A DNA stretch of 32,000 nucleotides from NCBI GenBank assembly GCA_964457925.1, contig CAYWGH010000020.1:89059-121058 (forward strand), given 5' to 3'. The notes below the pieces were generated by a model. It worked only from the letters and a program-made list of their open reading frames with translations. It had not been told where the DNA came from and made no database searches. Of the stretch, positions 14,235 through 23,250 are shown one piece after another (within the stretch, counting starts at the first letter, position 1; the number at the start of each line of letters is the position of its first letter). Source of the stretch: an uncultured Cytophagia bacterium (GTDB lineage: Bacteria; Zhuqueibacterota; Zhuqueibacteria; Zhuqueibacterales; Zhuqueibacteraceae). A program made the translations under genes and the position numbers.

Positions 14235-16664
14235 ATGAATACAGAAAAAGATTCTGAAGAAAGCGGAATCGAATTCAGAATTCCGAAAGTTCTTCCGTTA
14301 TTGCCGCTCCGCAACACGGTTATTTTCCCTCAACAAATTTTGCCGTTATCGATTGGCCGTGATAAATCGGTTAAGTTGATCGAATCGGCCATTCGCAGTG
14401 ATCGTTTGATTATGGTGGTGGCGCAACGTGACGGTTCGATTGATGATCCCAGCGCAGATGATCTTTATCGCTGGGGCACGATCGCGCAGGTGATGAAAAT
14501 TTTCAAAATGCCTGATGGCACGCAAAGCGCGATGGTACAGGGTGTGGCGCGCGGCCGAATTCTTGATTTTCTGCAAACCGAACCGTTTATGACGGTGGCA
14601 GTGCAGCCGTATCCTGAAGGAAAAGCCGAGGGCATGGATATCGAAGCGATGGTGATGAATCTGCGCGGCCAGTTTCAAAAAGCCGTTGATCTCGCGCCTT
14701 ATCTGACGCCCGAGCACACCATGCTGGTGATGAATACGGAAAGTCCGGGGCGCCTGGCGGATGTCATCGTGTGGAACCTTAACATCCCGATGCCGGAAAA
14801 GCAGGATATTCTCGAAATCACCGAAGTGCGCAAACGGCTGGAACGCACCACATTTTTGCTCAGCAAAGAGCTGCAAATTCTTGAACTCGGCAGCAAGATC
14901 CAAAGCGAAGTGCAGGGCGAGATTTCCAAAAATCAGCGCGAATATTATTTGCGCGAGCAAATGAAGGCGATTCGGCGCGAGTTGGGCGAAGACGAAGACG
15001 AGCGTACCACGGAAATCAATGAGCTGCGCCAAAAACTCGAGGAAGCCAAACTGCCGGAAGAAGCGAAGAAAGTGGCGGAGAAGGAGTTGGATCGCCTCGC
15101 GCGCATCCCGCCGGCGGCCGCCGAGTACACGGTTTCGCGCACCTACCTTGACTGGCTGATTGAGCTGCCCTGGAGCAAAGATACGCAGGATAATCTGGAA
15201 GTGACGTATGCGCGCCAGGTGCTGGATGAAGATCATTACGACCTGGAAAAGGTCAAGAAGCGCATTTTGGAATACCTCGCGGTGCGGCAATTGAAGCCGG
15301 ATATGAAAGGCCCGATTTTGTGCTTTGTCGGCCCTCCGGGCGTGGGCAAAACTTCGTTGGGACGTTCGATTGCGCGTGCGATGGGGCGCAAGTTTGTGCG
15401 CATTTCGTTGGGCGGCGTGCACGACGAGGCCGAAATTCGCGGCCATCGCCGCACCTACATTGGCGCGTTGCCGGGACGCATCATTCAAGGTTTGAAAAAA
15501 GCGGGCGTGAATAATCCCATTTTCATGCTGGATGAAATCGACAAGGTCGGCGCGGATTTCCGCGGCGATCCGTCGTCCGCCTTGCTCGAAGTCCTGGATC
15601 CCGAGCAGAATTTCTCGTTCAGCGATCATTATCTCGAAGTGCCGTTTGATCTGTCCAAGGTGATGTTCATCGCCACCGCAAACCTTGAGGATCCGATTCA
15701 CCCGGCATTGAAAGACCGGCTCGAGATTATCGAGTTGCCCGGTTATACTGCCGAAGATAAAATTCGCATTGCGGAAAAATTTTTGGTGCCGAAGCAACTC
15801 GAGGCGCACGGCTTGAAAGCGGAAAACATCACGATCGAGCAGCCTGCCATCGAACAGGTCATCTCCGCGTACACGCGTGAAGCGGGCGTGCGCAATCTCG
15901 AGCGCGAGATTGCCAACATCTGCCGCGGCATCGCGAAAGAAATCGTGGAGTCGAAAGACAAGGAAAGTCTGGCGGAAGCCAGGCGCACGGTTACCAAGGA
16001 TGAAGTGAGTAAATATCTCGGCGTCATCAAATATTTTGCCGATGCCAAGGAACGCACCAGCCGAACCGGCGTGGCCACCGGCTTGGCGTGGACGCCGGTG
16101 GGCGGCGATATTCTGTTCATCGAAGCCACCAAAATGCGCGGCAAAGGCGGTTTAATGCTGACCGGCCATCTCGGTGATGTCATGAAAGAATCAGCGCACG
16201 CCGCGCTATCGTACATTCGCAGCAAAGCCAAGCTTTATGAAATTGATGAAGATATTTTCGACAAGATCGATATTCATATTCATGTGCCTGCCGGCGCCAT
16301 TCCAAAAGATGGGCCGAGCGCGGGTGTGACCATGTTTACGGCATTGATGTCATTACTTACAGACCGCACGGTGGCCCACGATTATGCCATGACCGGAGAA
16401 ATCACCCTGCGCGGCCTGGTGTTGCCGGTGGGAGGTATCAAAGAAAAAGTGTTGGCGGCGAAACGCGCCGGCATCGACAAGGTGATTCTGCCGGAAAAGA
16501 ACCGCAAGGATATCGAGGAGATACCGCAACACGTACGCGATCAGATGCAATTTCATTTCGTGAGTGAGATGGATGAGGTTTGCAAAGTCGTATTGGGCAA
16601 ACGGCCGCGCAAACCGAAATCCGAAATCACGCCATTGATGGAACAACAACCTGCCATTGCCTGA
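14235..16664 (+). CDS. lon: ATP-dependent Lon protease (LonA)
   Basis: The Lon N-terminal domain begins LPLLPLRNTVIFP. Walker A is GPPGVGKTS and Walker B is FMLDEIDK. The protease Ser motif is PKDGPSAGVTM and the catalytic Lys context is GGIKEKVLAAKRAG. The ATG at 14235 has an AGAGGA sequence 8 nt upstream (the track start at 14229 is TTG). Confidence 0.97.
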   Translation: MNTEKDSEESGIEFRIPKVLPLLPLRNTVIFPQQILPLSIGRDKSVKLIESAIRSDRLIMVVAQRDGSIDDPSADDLYRWGTIAQVMKIFKMPDGTQSAMVQGVARGRILDFLQTEPFMTVAVQPYPEGKAEGMDIEAMVMNLRGQFQKAVDLAPYLTPEHTMLVMNTESPGRLADVIVWNLNIPMPEKQDILEITEVRKRLERTTFLLSKELQILELGSKIQSEVQGEISKNQREYYLREQMKAIRRELGEDEDERTTEINELRQKLEEAKLPEEAKKVAEKELDRLARIPPAAAEYTVSRTYLDWLIELPWSKDTQDNLEVTYARQVLDEDHYDLEKVKKRILEYLAVRQLKPDMKGPILCFVGPPGVGKTSLGRSIARAMGRKFVRISLGGVHDEAEIRGHRRTYIGALPGRIIQGLKKAGVNNPIFMLDEIDKVGADFRGDPSSALLEVLDPEQNFSFSDHYLEVPFDLSKVMFIATANLEDPIHPALKDRLEIIELPGYTAEDKIRIAEKFLVPKQLEAHGLKAENITIEQPAIEQVISAYTREAGVRNLEREIANICRGIAKEIVESKDKESLAEARRTVTKDEVSKYLGVIKYFADAKERTSRTGVATGLAWTPVGGDILFIEATKMRGKGGLMLTGHLGDVMKESAHAALSYIRSKAKLYEIDEDIFDKIDIHIHVPAGAIPKDGPSAGVTMFTALMSLLTDRTVAHDYAMTGEITLRGLVLPVGGIKEKVLAAKRAGIDKVILPEKNRKDIEEIPQHVRDQMQFHFVSEMDEVCKVVLGKRPRKPKSEITPLMEQQPAIA

Positions 16665-16694
16665 TGCAAGGCCATCATTTTTATTGAAACTCGA

Positions 16695-16725
16695 GGCCGT
16701 GAACAGGTTCACGGCCTTTTTGTTT
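16695..16725 (+). terminator. Rho-independent terminator after lon
   Basis: GGCCGTGAAC-ag-GTTCACGGCC forms a ~9-10 bp GC-rich stem. It is followed by TTTTTGTTT and lies 31 nt after the lon stop codon. Confidence 0.8.
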
Positions 16726-16773
16726 CCATATCAACGCGAAGCAATTCCCGGCCGGCTCTTCCGCGCTAAAATC

Positions 16774-16802
16774 CATTTGACAAAGATTTGAGGTTTGGTT
16801 AC
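16774..16802 (+). promoter_or_regulatory. Sigma70-type promoter for the allantoinase-like gene
   Basis: The sequence is TTGACA (16774-16779), a 17-nt spacer, then TACAAT (16797-16802). It lies 27 nt upstream of the ATG at 16829. Confidence 0.55.
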
Positions 16803-16828
16803 AATGCCCTCGCAAGGAAAACGCGATC

Positions 16829-18181
16829 ATGAGCTTTGATCTGATCATTAAAAGCCGGCGCATCGTAACGCGCGACGGCGTGCGCGAGGGCGCCATTGGG
16901 ATACGCTCGGGCAAGATCACCGCATTGGCGAGCGACTTGCCGTTCGGGGGAGATGAACCGTTTATCGATGTTCAGAATTCTGTCGTCATGCCGGGTTTGG
17001 TCGATACGCATGTTCATCTCAACGAGCCCGGGCGCAGCGAGTGGGAGGGCTTTGAGACGGCAACACGCGCGGCGGCGGCCGGCGGCGTGACAACATTGGT
17101 CGACATGCCGTTGAACAGCACACCGGTGACGACCAGCGTAGTTGCATTCGAGCAGAAACTGGCAGTCGCACAAAATAAACTCTGGGTTGATTGCGGATTT
17201 TACGCCGGACTGACGCCGGGAAATCGCGCCGCGCTTGCGCCCCTGCTCAAAGCCGGCGTGCTCGGCGTTAAAGCATTCCTGATTCATTCCGGCATCGATG
17301 ATTTTCCCAATGCTGATGAAGCGGATTTGCGTGCGGCCATGCCAATGATTGCTGCAAGTGGCCTGCCTTTACTCGTTCATGCCGAGCTGAATCGAAACGA
17401 CAAAGCAACAAATGCCGCAAGTGTCCCGCACAGCTATCAAGCTTATCTCGCCTCGCGCCCAAAAGCATGGGAAAATCAGGCGATTCGAATGATGATCGCA
17501 TTGTGCCGCGATTATAAATGCCGGGTTCATATCGTTCATTTATCGTCGGCGGAATCTTTGGCGGATTTGCGGCGCGCACGGCAGGCGGGATTGCCGCTCT
17601 CCGTTGAAACCTGTCCCCATTATCTGTTCTTCAGCGCCGAAGAAATTTCCGACGGCGATACGCGCTTTAAATGTGCACCGCCGATTCGTGAGCACGAAAA
17701 TCGAGAACAACTTTGGCAAGCGCTCAAAGCCGGTGAGATTGATTTTATTGCCTCCGATCATTCACCCTGCCCGCCCTCGCTAAAGTTGTTGGAGAGCGGC
17801 GATTTTCAGCGGGCATGGGGCGGCATTGCCTCGCTGCAATTGACCCTGCCGGTGATGTGGACCGCCGCGCAGCAGCGCGGGTTTTCGTTGCTTGATTTGA
17901 GTGAATGGTTGGCGCATCGCCCGGCAGCATTTGTGGGTTTGTCCGGACGCAAGGGCGTCATCACAGAAGGCTATGATGCGGATCTCGTTGTATGGAATCC
18001 CGAAGCTTCATTTGCGCTGACGGCCGGGATGATTCATCATCGCCACAAAGTGACGCCGTATGAAGGGCAAAGACTCAACGGCGCTGTTGAAATGACATTT
18101 CTGCGCGGCCAGAAGATTTTTGACCGCGGCCACTTTGGAGATGAACCGCATGGGAAGGCGATTTTGTCTGGGTATGCATAA
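16829..18181 (+). CDS. allB: Allantoinase-like cyclic amidohydrolase (allantoinase / dihydroorotase / hydantoinase superfamily)
   Basis: VMPGLVDTHVHLNEPGRSEWEGFETATRAAAAGGVTTLVDMPLNS resembles the allantoinase metal-binding N-terminus. The motifs GVKAFL, VHAE, HIVHLSS and ASDHSP are the usual metal and carboxylated-Lys positions of the superfamily. The exact substrate cannot be fixed from sequence alone. Confidence 0.7.
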   Translation: MSFDLIIKSRRIVTRDGVREGAIGIRSGKITALASDLPFGGDEPFIDVQNSVVMPGLVDTHVHLNEPGRSEWEGFETATRAAAAGGVTTLVDMPLNSTPVTTSVVAFEQKLAVAQNKLWVDCGFYAGLTPGNRAALAPLLKAGVLGVKAFLIHSGIDDFPNADEADLRAAMPMIAASGLPLLVHAELNRNDKATNAASVPHSYQAYLASRPKAWENQAIRMMIALCRDYKCRVHIVHLSSAESLADLRRARQAGLPLSVETCPHYLFFSAEEISDGDTRFKCAPPIREHENREQLWQALKAGEIDFIASDHSPCPPSLKLLESGDFQRAWGGIASLQLTLPVMWTAAQQRGFSLLDLSEWLAHRPAAFVGLSGRKGVITEGYDADLVVWNPEASFALTAGMIHHRHKVTPYEGQRLNGAVEMTFLRGQKIFDRGHFGDEPHGKAILSGYA

Positions 18182-18375
18182 TAGCCTTGCAAATATAGCG
18201 TTTTTTATTTGCCTGTCCAGCATGTCATTCTGCAGGAATCTTGTGAAATTGCCGCCCCAACCGAATTTTCAAAAGATTCATCTGAATGACTATTCGCTCC
18301 GTCGCAAAACGTTATAGAAACAAAAATCTGCATGAATTAGCCATCACCCAAACCGTTTTTTGAGGAGTTCGAAGA

Positions 18376-20118
18376 ATGTCCACCCCGCATGAATCCGCCA
18401 AACAAAGTGACGCCTTTCGCTTGGGAAAATACCAATCGAGCATTGATACCGCACTCAGAGACTTGCGTGAAAATGACATCCTCGCGCGTATTTGGAAGCA
18501 TGACCACACCGTGTGGAAACCCAATCCAACTGAAATCACCAACCGTCTCGGCTGGTTGCACAGCCCGGAGGCGATGCCACAAGCCCTTCCTGAAATCAAC
18601 GCCTTTGTTGATGAGGTTCGCGCGGCGGGTTTCACGCATGCCTTGTTGCTCGGTATGGGCGGTTCGAGTCTCGCGCCGGAAGTGTTCCGATTCACGTTTG
18701 GCGTGCAAGCCGGCTATCTCGATCTTGCCGTGCTCGACAGCACCGATCCGGGCGCAGTGTTGGCGCATGCGAAGCGTCTCGATCCGGCCCAAACGCTTTT
18801 TATCGTCTCCACCAAATCCGGCGGCACCGTTGAAACGTTTTCATTTTTTAAATATTTCTACAACTGGACTTCCGAAAGAATTGGTGAAACAAAGGCGGGA
18901 AGCCATTTCGTTGCCATCACGGATCCAGGCAGCGGCCTGGCTGATACGGCCAAGAAATACAATTTTCGCAAAACCTTCATCAATGATCCGAATATCGGCG
19001 GGCGTTACTCTGCGCTTTCATATTTCGGCTTGGTGCCGGCCGCATTAATTGGCATGAATTTGAAAGCGCTGCTTGCGCGCGCCTCAGCAATGGCGCAGCT
19101 CAGCAAGAGTATCGCGTCGTCGCAAACTGAGGATAATTTCCCAGCCAAGCTAGGCGCGATTATGGGCGAATTGGCTGTTCAGGGGCGCGACAAAGTGACG
19201 TTGATTGCTTCACCGCCACTAAAACACTTTGGCGCTTGGGCGGAACAATTAATCGCGGAAAGCACAGGCAAGGAGGGTAAAGGCATTTTGCCGGTTGATG
19301 GCGAGGAGATCGGCGCGCCGGGCGTTTACGCGCACGATCGATTGTTTGTTTATCTCCGCCTTGCAGGCGATGCGACTTTCGACGAAAAGGTTGAAGCCTT
19401 GGTTGAAGCTGGACATCCGCTGGTGCAGCTTGATTTGCAGGATTTATATGATCTCGGCGGAGAATTTTTCCGGTGGGAAATCGCGACCATCATCGCAAGC
19501 CGGCGGCTGGAGATTAATCCTTTTGATCAACCGAATGTGGAATCTGCAAAAATTCTGGCGCGGCAAATGGTGGAAGCTTATCAAAAGAAAGGCAAGCTGC
19601 CTGAACTAGCCCCGAGCTTGCAAACAGAAGGGGTATCGGTTTATTCAGATATGCCAGCTAAAACGCTGACTGATGTCATAAATAAATTTCTAGCGCAAGC
19701 CAGTCCGGGCGACAAGAATCACAAAGGCCGCAGTTACGTCGCATTGCAAGCGTATGTGACGCCTTCTGCTGAAAATGACGCCGCGCTGCAACAATTGCGC
19801 ACAAAAATTCAAACCCGCTTGCGGCTGGCAACAACAATTGGTTATGGCCCGCGCTTTTTGCATTCCACCGGACAATTGCACAAAGGCGATGCCGGGCATG
19901 GTTTGTTCATACAATTCACTTCAGATGCTGCACAAGATCTTGCAATTCCAGACGAAGCTGGATTGCCCAATTCTTCCATGACATTTGGTGTGCTCGAACT
20001 GGCGCAAGCGCTCGGCGATCGGCAGGCGTTGCTCGATGCAAAACGGCGCGTCATTCGATTTCATCTTGGCAAAGAAACAACAAAGAAATTAGTGCAACTG
20101 GCCGCGCTGATCGACTGA
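18376..20118 (+). CDS. pgi: Glucose-6-phosphate isomerase (type seen in transaldolase-PGI fusions, here stand-alone)
   Basis: The N-terminus has HTVWKPNPTEITNRLGWL. SIS-domain motifs are present: LLLGMGGSSLAPEV, VSTKSGGTVET and GGRYSALS. A GAGGAG Shine-Dalgarno lies upstream of the ATG at 18376. Confidence 0.8.
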   Translation: MSTPHESAKQSDAFRLGKYQSSIDTALRDLRENDILARIWKHDHTVWKPNPTEITNRLGWLHSPEAMPQALPEINAFVDEVRAAGFTHALLLGMGGSSLAPEVFRFTFGVQAGYLDLAVLDSTDPGAVLAHAKRLDPAQTLFIVSTKSGGTVETFSFFKYFYNWTSERIGETKAGSHFVAITDPGSGLADTAKKYNFRKTFINDPNIGGRYSALSYFGLVPAALIGMNLKALLARASAMAQLSKSIASSQTEDNFPAKLGAIMGELAVQGRDKVTLIASPPLKHFGAWAEQLIAESTGKEGKGILPVDGEEIGAPGVYAHDRLFVYLRLAGDATFDEKVEALVEAGHPLVQLDLQDLYDLGGEFFRWEIATIIASRRLEINPFDQPNVESAKILARQMVEAYQKKGKLPELAPSLQTEGVSVYSDMPAKTLTDVINKFLAQASPGDKNHKGRSYVALQAYVTPSAENDAALQQLRTKIQTRLRLATTIGYGPRFLHSTGQLHKGDAGHGLFIQFTSDAAQDLAIPDEAGLPNSSMTFGVLELAQALGDRQALLDAKRRVIRFHLGKETTKKLVQLAALID

Positions 20119-20171
20119 AATGCGCGGCACTTGGTACAGGCGACGGACGTTAACCCCAAGGACAACAAGCG

Positions 20172-21050
20172 ATGCAACAACGCATTTTCGTAACCGGCGC
20201 AAGCGGTTTTCTCGGAGGGCACATTTGCCAGAAGGCAACCAGGCATTGGGAAGTTTTCGGGGCATTTCACCGGCATGCAACCCTGCCCGAGAGCACAAAA
20301 TCCGTTAAGGTCGATCTAAGCAAGAGTGAGAGGCTCTTTGAGATTTTGGACAAGATCGATCCCGGCGCCGTTATTCACGCGGCTGTCATGCAAGTCGATG
20401 ATTGCGAGCGCGCGCCGGATTTAGCGCAGCGCATCAATGTTGAGGCAGCGCGCGTGATTGCAGAATGGTGCGGCCAACGGCAACGCCGTTTGATTTATAT
20501 TTCGTCGGATCTCGTGTTCGATGGCAAAACCGGCGGGTACGCAGAAACCGATGCGCCGCAGCCGATCAATCTCTATGGCCAAACCAAGCGCGACGGCGAG
20601 ATCGCGACTTTGTTGGCATGTCCGCACGCCTGTGTCGCCCGATTACCGTTGATGTACGGATTTCCACTCGCGCGAGGCTATTGCTTCTTCGCCGGCATGT
20701 TCGCGCAATTGCAAAAGAAAGAAAGCGTCACGGTTTTTTACGATCAATATCGCACGCCGGGATTGGTTGCAAATGTGGCAGAGGCGCTGCTTGAATTGGC
20801 AAGCTCATCCATCTCAGGGATCATTCATTTGGGCGGAGCGAAACGGGGCAGCCGTTATGAATTTGCACAAGCTTTGTGCCGCGAAGCGGGCTTTGATGAA
20901 GGGTTGCTGCGGCCGGTTTCAATGTTTGAAGCAAAAACACCGGCGCCGCGTCCGCAAGATGTTTCGCTCAAAAACACTCGCGCGCCGAGCGTGTTGAAAA
21001 CGAGCTTGCTCGGATTTGAAGAGGGGTTGCAGATATTGTTAAAACGCTGA
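20172..21050 (+). CDS. RmlD-like NAD(P)-dependent sugar-nucleotide reductase (dTDP-4-dehydrorhamnose reductase family, SDR)
   Basis: The Rossmann motif is IFVTGASGFLGGHI and the catalytic YGQTKRDGE is the YxxxK motif. The length is 292 aa. No rmlABC neighbours are present, so the substrate is uncertain. Confidence 0.7.
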   Translation: MQQRIFVTGASGFLGGHICQKATRHWEVFGAFHRHATLPESTKSVKVDLSKSERLFEILDKIDPGAVIHAAVMQVDDCERAPDLAQRINVEAARVIAEWCGQRQRRLIYISSDLVFDGKTGGYAETDAPQPINLYGQTKRDGEIATLLACPHACVARLPLMYGFPLARGYCFFAGMFAQLQKKESVTVFYDQYRTPGLVANVAEALLELASSSISGIIHLGGAKRGSRYEFAQALCREAGFDEGLLRPVSMFEAKTPAPRPQDVSLKNTRAPSVLKTSLLGFEEGLQILLKR

Positions 21051-21094
21051 TTGTTTCGACGAGCAGATGATCGATGGCCACGCCAAAAGACTAA

Positions 21095-21135
21095 TTCAAA
21101 AACAAAAGCCGGAAGCGTTAAAAAACGCCTCCGGC
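21095..21135 (-). terminator. Rho-independent terminator after hsp20 (may also act on the convergent RmlD-like gene)
   Basis: On the minus strand GCCGGAGGCG-ttttttaa-CGCTTCCGGC forms a 10-bp stem with one G-U pair. It is followed by TTTTGTTTTTG. Confidence 0.6.
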
Positions 21136-21173
21136 TTGGGATATATGTAAGTGCGTTGTTCGCGCCCGCCCGT

Positions 21174-21596
21174 TTAGTTGAGATTGATTGCAATCTCGCG
21201 GCTCAGCGCTTCTTTGCTCTTCGGCAGGCTGAGCGTGAGGATGCCGTCCTTGTAATCGGCTTTGATGGCGTTGCGATCAATGCCCTCGCCGAGGCGGAAA
21301 CGGCGCTCGAATTTGCCCTGGCGCGTTTCGCGCAGATGATAATTCCTCTCGTCTTTTTCGGTTTCGTAACGTTTCTCGCCGCTGAGTGTCAACACGCCAT
21401 TATCGAGCGTGACCTTCAGATCATCTTTTTTGAGGCCGGGCAGCTCGGCGCGCAAAACAAAGCCTTCCTTGCTCTCGAGTACATCAACGCGAGGCACAAA
21501 GGCGATGGCCGTGTCGCTGTCCGAAAACCAATTGTGCAAAAAGGCTTTCTCAACATCAGAGAAAAGCGAGGCTGCGGGTTGCCATTTCACTAACAT
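21174..21596 (-). CDS. Small heat-shock protein, Hsp20/alpha-crystallin family
   Basis: The alpha-crystallin domain reads PRVDVLESKEGFVLRAELPGLKKDDLKVTLDNGVLTLSGEK...GKFERRFRLGEGIDRNAIKADYKDGILTLSLPK. The ATG at 21596 has an AAGGAGA sequence upstream. The longer track ORF to 21821 is an unsupported N-terminal extension. Confidence 0.9.
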   Translation of the reverse strand: MLVKWQPAASLFSDVEKAFLHNWFSDSDTAIAFVPRVDVLESKEGFVLRAELPGLKKDDLKVTLDNGVLTLSGEKRYETEKDERNYHLRETRQGKFERRFRLGEGIDRNAIKADYKDGILTLSLPKSKEALSREIAINLN

Positions 21597-21669
21597 GGTA
21601 AAATCTCCTTCAATGAATTGAATTTTGGTTATATTTTTTTTGTTGTTTTCGATTGTTGCCCAAACCTTT

Positions 21670-21685
21670 TGCAACCGATGTGCCA
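21670..21685 (-). promoter_or_regulatory. Near-consensus sigma54 (-24/-12) promoter upstream of hsp20
   Basis: The minus strand reads CTGGCACATCGGTTGCAAAA, which fits TGGCAC-N5-TTGCA exactly. It lies ~75 nt upstream of the hsp20 ATG and has the correct orientation. Confidence 0.55.
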
Positions 21686-21979
21686 GAGCCTTTTTCGGCC
21701 AATTTTTCAAGCAGCCAAACGCCCAGTCAGAAGGCTTGGCAGGATATATGACAGCTACTGACGCTGTGGCAATTTGCGATTCTGTCAAGTTTGCGCAGAT
21801 GAATACTTTTGGCAGAATCACTGCCGGGCCGGAACAAGAGATTTGCTTTCATTGCGCCATTTGGTTATCATGCTGCCAGCAAATCATTTTGCAGACAAGG
21901 CAATATTTTTGAATTCCGCAGTGCCAAGAAAAGCATGCGGTGCGGTTAATTGCCGTTTGATTTTGAAGAGGATGATAGT

Positions 21980-22330
21980 ATGCCAATCATGCCAACCAAT
22001 CTCAAGAAAGCCGATGATCACACATTACAAATTGACTGGGAGGATGGCGTCACGACGCTTTATCCCATGGATTTTTTGCGGCGCAATTGTCCGTGCGCCT
22101 CGTGTGAGGAAGCGCGTTTTGCCAAGCCGGCAAGCAATCCTTTGCGCGTATTACAACCGCATGAAATCATATCCGCACAGGTCACGATCACAGAAGCCGA
22201 AGTGATGGGACGATATGCCCTGCATTTCAGTTGGAGTGATGGCCATCGAGAAGGGATTTACACCTTCGATTTTCTGCGCGAGCTGGCACAGAATCCGGCT
22301 TGTAAAATCCGGCAGAATCAAACGGCGTGA
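21980..22330 (+). CDS. DUF971 (gamma-butyrobetaine-hydroxylase-N-terminal-like) family protein
   Basis: LQIDWEDGVTTLYPMDFLRRNCPCASCEE...YALHFSWSDGHREGIYTFDFLR is the typical DUF971 pattern. The ATG at 21980 has a GAGGA sequence 9 nt upstream. Confidence 0.8.
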   Translation: MPIMPTNLKKADDHTLQIDWEDGVTTLYPMDFLRRNCPCASCEEARFAKPASNPLRVLQPHEIISAQVTITEAEVMGRYALHFSWSDGHREGIYTFDFLRELAQNPACKIRQNQTA

Positions 22331-22438
22331 ATACCGACGGCTGCGATAGAATAAGTTCGACATTCTTGCCGGGAAGGAAAATTTCGGAAAGCAGGAAAGG
22401 TGTGGAAGAGATTCGGATAATCGAAGAAGAAAAGCGCC

Positions 22439-22466
22439 GCGCGGGCGCTTTTCTTTAAACTCGAGG
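22439..22466. terminator. Bidirectional rho-independent terminator between convergent DUF971 and DUF4920 genes
   Basis: GAAAAGCGCC-gcgcg-GGCGCTTTTC is a perfect 10-bp stem. A T-rich run follows it on both strands. Confidence 0.7.
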
Positions 22467-22521
22467 AAGCCTCTCAAAGAAAGCGCCCGAACGGTTGCTT
22501 GAATGGATGCATATAGATGTC

Positions 22522-22992
22522 TCAGTTTTCGATGACAGCCGCGAGCCCTTTGATTTGATAGATCGTCATCGGCCCGGTGACGCTGGTTGAATCGAACGGC
22601 TGGCCTTTCTCTTCTGCCACGTGCGCCATCCATCCAATCGCTTCCTCATGTGTCAGATTGATTTCATACACCTCGCCTTCAACTTGCGCCATTTTCCCTT
22701 GCGCACTCACGGGAAATACGATTTCGCCGTCGTTTACCTTGACTTTGATTTTTTGATCCGGCTGATCACCCGCAATCTCCATCCAGCAGCCAGCTTTGGC
22801 GCACACTTCCAACACTTCACCGCGCACCAATACGCGCTTGCCGAGAAATTCTTCGGGCGCGGATAAAATTTGCGCAACCGGCGTGGTGTTGGTGAGTGTG
22901 ATGTTTGCGCCGTATTTCTCGCCTTCGACAGAGGCGTTCTTGCTGCACGCAACGCAAAGCATCAGAGTGAACAAAACGCACGGTTTGATCAT
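22522..22992 (-). CDS. DUF4920-like lipoprotein
   Basis: The lipobox is MIKPCVLFTLMLCVAC|S. The segment RGEVLEVCAKAGCWMEIAGD is the typical CxxxGCW core of DUF4920. A GGAGGA sequence lies upstream of the ATG at 22992. Confidence 0.75.
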   Translation of the reverse strand: MIKPCVLFTLMLCVACSKNASVEGEKYGANITLTNTTPVAQILSAPEEFLGKRVLVRGEVLEVCAKAGCWMEIAGDQPDQKIKVKVNDGEIVFPVSAQGKMAQVEGEVYEINLTHEEAIGWMAHVAEEKGQPFDSTSVTGPMTIYQIKGLAAVIEN

Positions 22993-23164
22993 AAGTGTCC
23001 TCCGGGAATCATGTGATTACTGTTGTGATAAAATGAGATTAATATTCCGGCGGCCGTCCAGGCGCAAAAAACGTCCGGGCGGCAATCAAGCGAACGGCAA
23101 CAATAATAGGAAACACCAACAACATTTGCAACCGCTATGGAATTTTTTGCCGGGTCTCGCGATC

Positions 23165-23193
23165 TTGACTTTGGAAACCCAATTGGATATTTT
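23165..23193 (+). promoter_or_regulatory. Candidate sigma70 promoter for the carbamoyltransferase gene
   Basis: The sequence is TTGACT, a 17-nt spacer, then TATTTT. It lies ~58 nt upstream of the ATG at 23251. Confidence 0.4.
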
Positions 23194-23250
23194 GTGAGCA
23201 ATTATCCAAAGTCGTTGCGATTCACCAACTCGATTTTGTGATGTGACGTA

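Noticed and set aside
21597-21821. A 75-aa N-terminal extension of the hsp20 ORF.
   Set aside because: The ATG at 21596 has an AAGGAGA Shine-Dalgarno and gives a normal-length (141-aa) sHSP. The extension would run through the sigma54 promoter region and resembles no sHSP N-terminus.
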